NCBI GenBank assembly: GCA_903891415.1
Contig: CAITEH010000012.1
Span: 1,136-65,135 of the forward strand
Origin: Candidatus Firestoneibacteriota bacterium
Lineage (GTDB): Bacteria > Oederibacteriota > D2-FULL-39-29
Direction of reading: 5' to 3'
Length of the DNA stretch: 64,000 nt
The position numbers and the translations under genes are program-made. A model generated the notes under the pieces. It was not told the DNA's origin. It did no database searches and saw only the letters and a program-made list of their open reading frames with translations. Below, piece by piece: positions 61,806 to 64,000 of this stretch; position 1 is the stretch's first letter; each line of letters begins with the position of its first letter.

Positions 61806-62597
61806 TCACCTTTTTTGGGTGTTTAGATTTATAAATAGTATTTCATCTTTCTTAACATCTACTCTAAGCTCTTTTGCTCCTATTGAAACAAACACCAATT
61901 TAATGTTATTTAGGCCTGTCTGAACTTTTATCTTTTCTTCAGACGGCACATTCATTACATACTCTCCGTTTACAAACAGCTTGGCCCAAGGATATGACTT
62001 AACTACAATATACCCATACTCCTGGTTATGTTTGGGATGGAACGCAAACAAAGCATAGATCAAGGAAATACCAAAAAATGCCAGCAACAGTATTGTTATA
62101 AATCTCTTTCTTACAGATGGTACAGAAAGAATTTGCTGGAACTTGTTAAAAAGAAACTTAAATGCCGAAATTATTATTTTGGCAGTGACAATTGAGAAAT
62201 ATGCCAATTTCTCAAAAAACTTAACCCAAAAACCCAGGAAATCAAAGCTCTTGATCTGTTGGGGTTGTGTCCAATATTTCTGGCGAGCACTGGATCCTTG
62301 CGCATTAGTTTTATTGCCATGTTGATTTGAGTTTTGAGCAGAATTTTTATTCGCCTTATTACTGGAAGCTCTGCCACTCTTATTCTTCAAGGCATTTAAA
62401 ACAACATTATAATCCTCTTTTATCTGCTTCATTCTTTCTGTGCCAATCTCTTTTTCCTTATCATTAGTCGCATATTGCCTAATTAAGTTAAGATTCTTCA
62501 ATTTTAACTTATAAGCTTTTTGGCACTCGACTTCCGTCAAATTCTGCAGTTGTTTAGTTATGCCAAGGTTATTTAGTGCCGATGAAATTCTGTCCAT
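61806..62597 (-). CDS. Membrane protein: degenerate J-domain-like N-terminus (no HPD), TM helices, C-terminal PEGA-like domain
   Basis: 263 aa. ALNNLGITKQLQNLTEVECQKAYKLKLKNL....KEKEIGTERMKQIKEDYNVVLNAL aligns by eye with J-domain helices I-III but has NLIRQY where HPD should be. An Asn/Gln/Ser linker and hydrophobic helices follow. The C-terminus GYIVVKSYPWAKLFVNGEYVMNVPSEEKIKVQTGLNNIKLVF is PEGA-like. Confidence 0.55.
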   Translation of the reverse strand: MDRISSALNNLGITKQLQNLTEVECQKAYKLKLKNLNLIRQYATNDKEKEIGTERMKQIKEDYNVVLNALKNKSGRASSNKANKNSAQNSNQHGNKTNAQGSSARQKYWTQPQQIKSFDFLGFWVKFFEKLAYFSIVTAKIIISAFKFLFNKFQQILSVPSVRKRFITILLLAFFGISLIYALFAFHPKHNQEYGYIVVKSYPWAKLFVNGEYVMNVPSEEKIKVQTGLNNIKLVFVSIGAKELRVDVKKDEILFINLNTQKR

Positions 62598-62620
62598 ATG
62601 AATAACCTCTCCTGGTGGCT

Positions 62621-63295
62621 TTACTTGGTTATATTAGTAGCAAGGCTCCTAAAATGCTCTACCAACGAGTCCTTGTCTCCTATAAACCTATACTGAATTT
62701 TACCGCCTGCAAATGATGCGATTTTCTTTAAAAGTCTTTCATTTACATCATTTGGACATCCGCCAATTCCAATTATCTGTATTACAATCCCCATGGATTT
62801 AATCACTTCAGAAACCCGGATAGGGTGGCCGCCATGCCCGTCTGTAAGAAGTATAATTCTATTCAAAGCACCAGGCATGGCGTTTTTAAGAAGCAAATCA
62901 AATGCATATTTCAACCCTATGGCAATATCGGTTCCTCCTTTAATTTTCAATCTATCAAGGGAATTCTGCAAAAGTATTAAATTATCTTTTGCAAAAACGA
63001 TATCGTTAACCACTCTGCCAAAATCAGAGAATGCCACTATCCCAACTTTAGCTGAATGATTTATCTTTATTTTTTCCTTGATAAACTCACTCGATGCGAT
63101 TTTAGCAGCGCGAAGCCTGTTTGGCGGATAATCAGCAGTTTCCATGCTTCCTGAGACATCCAAAACCAAAACTATATTCTCCTCGTATTTTGGCTCCCTA
63201 ATATCCGAAGCATGCGATATTTCTTCCGGATTACTTGATTTAGAAATATCTTTATTAGCGCTCTCAAAAAGCATGCCGAGTATTTTTTTTAGCAT
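62621..63295 (-). CDS. Cytoplasmic vWA-domain protein with complete MIDAS
   Basis: 224 aa with no signal peptide. The sequence shows VLVLDVSGSM (DxSxS), KGGTDIAIGL (T) and IILLTDGHGG (D). Its start is 2 nt after the Hsp70 stop. Confidence 0.85.
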   Translation of the reverse strand: MLKKILGMLFESANKDISKSSNPEEISHASDIREPKYEENIVLVLDVSGSMETADYPPNRLRAAKIASSEFIKEKIKINHSAKVGIVAFSDFGRVVNDIVFAKDNLILLQNSLDRLKIKGGTDIAIGLKYAFDLLLKNAMPGALNRIILLTDGHGGHPIRVSEVIKSMGIVIQIIGIGGCPNDVNERLLKKIASFAGGKIQYRFIGDKDSLVEHFRSLATNITK

Positions 63296-63297
63296 GA

Positions 63298-64000
63298 CTA
63301 CTCCTCCTTGACCTGTTTTTTGATTTCCTGGCTCTGATTCTTAATTTCCTCTTGCGACAAGCCTTTGGTATAGTCAAGGTCTCTGCTGACTTTTTTCTTG
63401 GAAATCAGGTCAACCGCCGTAACATGAATAATCCCATTGCGGTCATATTCATAGGTTACTTCTATTCGATCCTTGTCGTTAGGAGCCATTGGCAAATCCT
63501 CTAGTTTAAGTTCACCTATAAGCAAACACTGGGATTCCAAAGCGCCTTCTTCACCTTGCACAACTTTGATAGTTGCTTCTGTTTGACCTGGGTTAGAAAG
63601 GCTGAACCGATCTACCTTATTTGCAGGTAATGTTGAGCCTCGTTTGATCATTACATAGTTTAATAATATTTTTGTCACAGATTCTTGCAATATAACCCCA
63701 AGCGGGTGCCTGATTATGTCGTTAAGCACAACTTTCGGGAGATATAACTCCTTACCTGAAGAATCGATTACATTCTTCCCTGCTTCTTGTGCCAACTGTG
63801 CGGCATAAATAGCTGCCCCCATTGCTACTGCCTGATCCGGCTTAATATCCCCTTTCGGTGTTTTTCCGGATTCACTCTTAAGCATTTTTTTGACCAGAGG
63901 AATTGAAGATGAGCCGCCTGTCAATACAATATCGACTATATCCCCCCACGACATTTTGGCGTGCTCCAGCGCCTTTTTCGTGACAACTATCGTCTGCTCA
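63298..64000 (-). CDS. Hsp70/DnaK-family ATPase, N-terminus beyond window edge
   Basis: The frame is open to base 64000; the M in the track is internal. IVLTGGSSSIPLVKKMLKSESGKTPKGDIKPDQAVAMGAAIYAA is the end of the Hsp70 nucleotide-binding domain. A beta-sandwich substrate-binding-like region follows (ATIKVVQGEE...RIEVTYEYDRNGIIHVTAVD), and the lid is short. Confidence 0.88.
   Translation of the reverse strand, partial: EQTIVVTKKALEHAKMSWGDIVDIVLTGGSSSIPLVKKMLKSESGKTPKGDIKPDQAVAMGAAIYAAQLAQEAGKNVIDSSGKELYLPKVVLNDIIRHPLGVILQESVTKILLNYVMIKRGSTLPANKVDRFSLSNPGQTEATIKVVQGEEGALESQCLLIGELKLEDLPMAPNDKDRIEVTYEYDRNGIIHVTAVDLISKKKVSRDLDYTKGLSQEEIKNQSQEIKKQVKEE

Larger units (their letters stand above)
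58729..64000 (-). mobile_element. Integrative element / genomic island (partial; right boundary outside window)
   Basis: It carries integrase + xis-like HTH + AEP primase-polymerase next to a tRNA gene. By eye it is clearly AT-richer than the flanking chromosome (not computed). All genes are co-directional and tightly packed. Confidence 0.6.

Overview
Bacterial chromosomal window transcribed almost entirely on the minus strand; typA is the only convincing + strand gene. All product calls come from motif recognition by eye on the supplied translations. No database search or computation was run.

Layout, left to right:
1. 1-24.5 kb: a polysaccharide-degradation locus. It holds GH28, a Cys-type sulfatase, DUF4838, a clan GH-A-like hydrolase, a beta-helix lyase-like protein with a stand-alone discoidin module, an amidohydrolase, a sugar-phosphate isomerase and an IclR regulator. 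It also holds two paralogous ~930-950 aa secreted proteins and several secreted proteins I cannot assign.
2. 24.6-34.0 kb: a MoxR-DUF58-BatA-BatB-BatC-BatD-BatE type operon. Two of its internal intergenic gaps contain unusual structured repeats.
3. 34.4-35.5 kb: an AT-rich wHTH-nucleotidyltransferase/HEPN pair.
4. typA and a GT4 glycosyltransferase.
5. 39.4-52.3 kb: a tightly coupled cluster of four PQQ-like beta-propellers, one NHL propeller, an 80-aa Tat-signal 4-Cys peptide, a NapG-like ferredoxin, a NapH-like membrane FeS protein, a fused NuoE-NuoF protein and a GltD-like flavoprotein. This is my best candidate for an undescribed system.
6. VanZ, a LIVBP-like lipoprotein, GH57, a TPR protein and a PHP phosphoesterase.
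7. tRNA-Arg(CCT), followed by a visibly AT-richer integrase island (int, xis-like HTH, AEP primase-polymerase). Its cargo is an Hsp70 / vWA / degenerate-J-PEGA membrane protein / TPR lipoprotein module, cut by the window edge. This is the second candidate system.

A dispersed family of 9-bp tandem repeats (GTCYRTAAR) occupies four intergenic sites. I found no rRNA and no CRISPR array.
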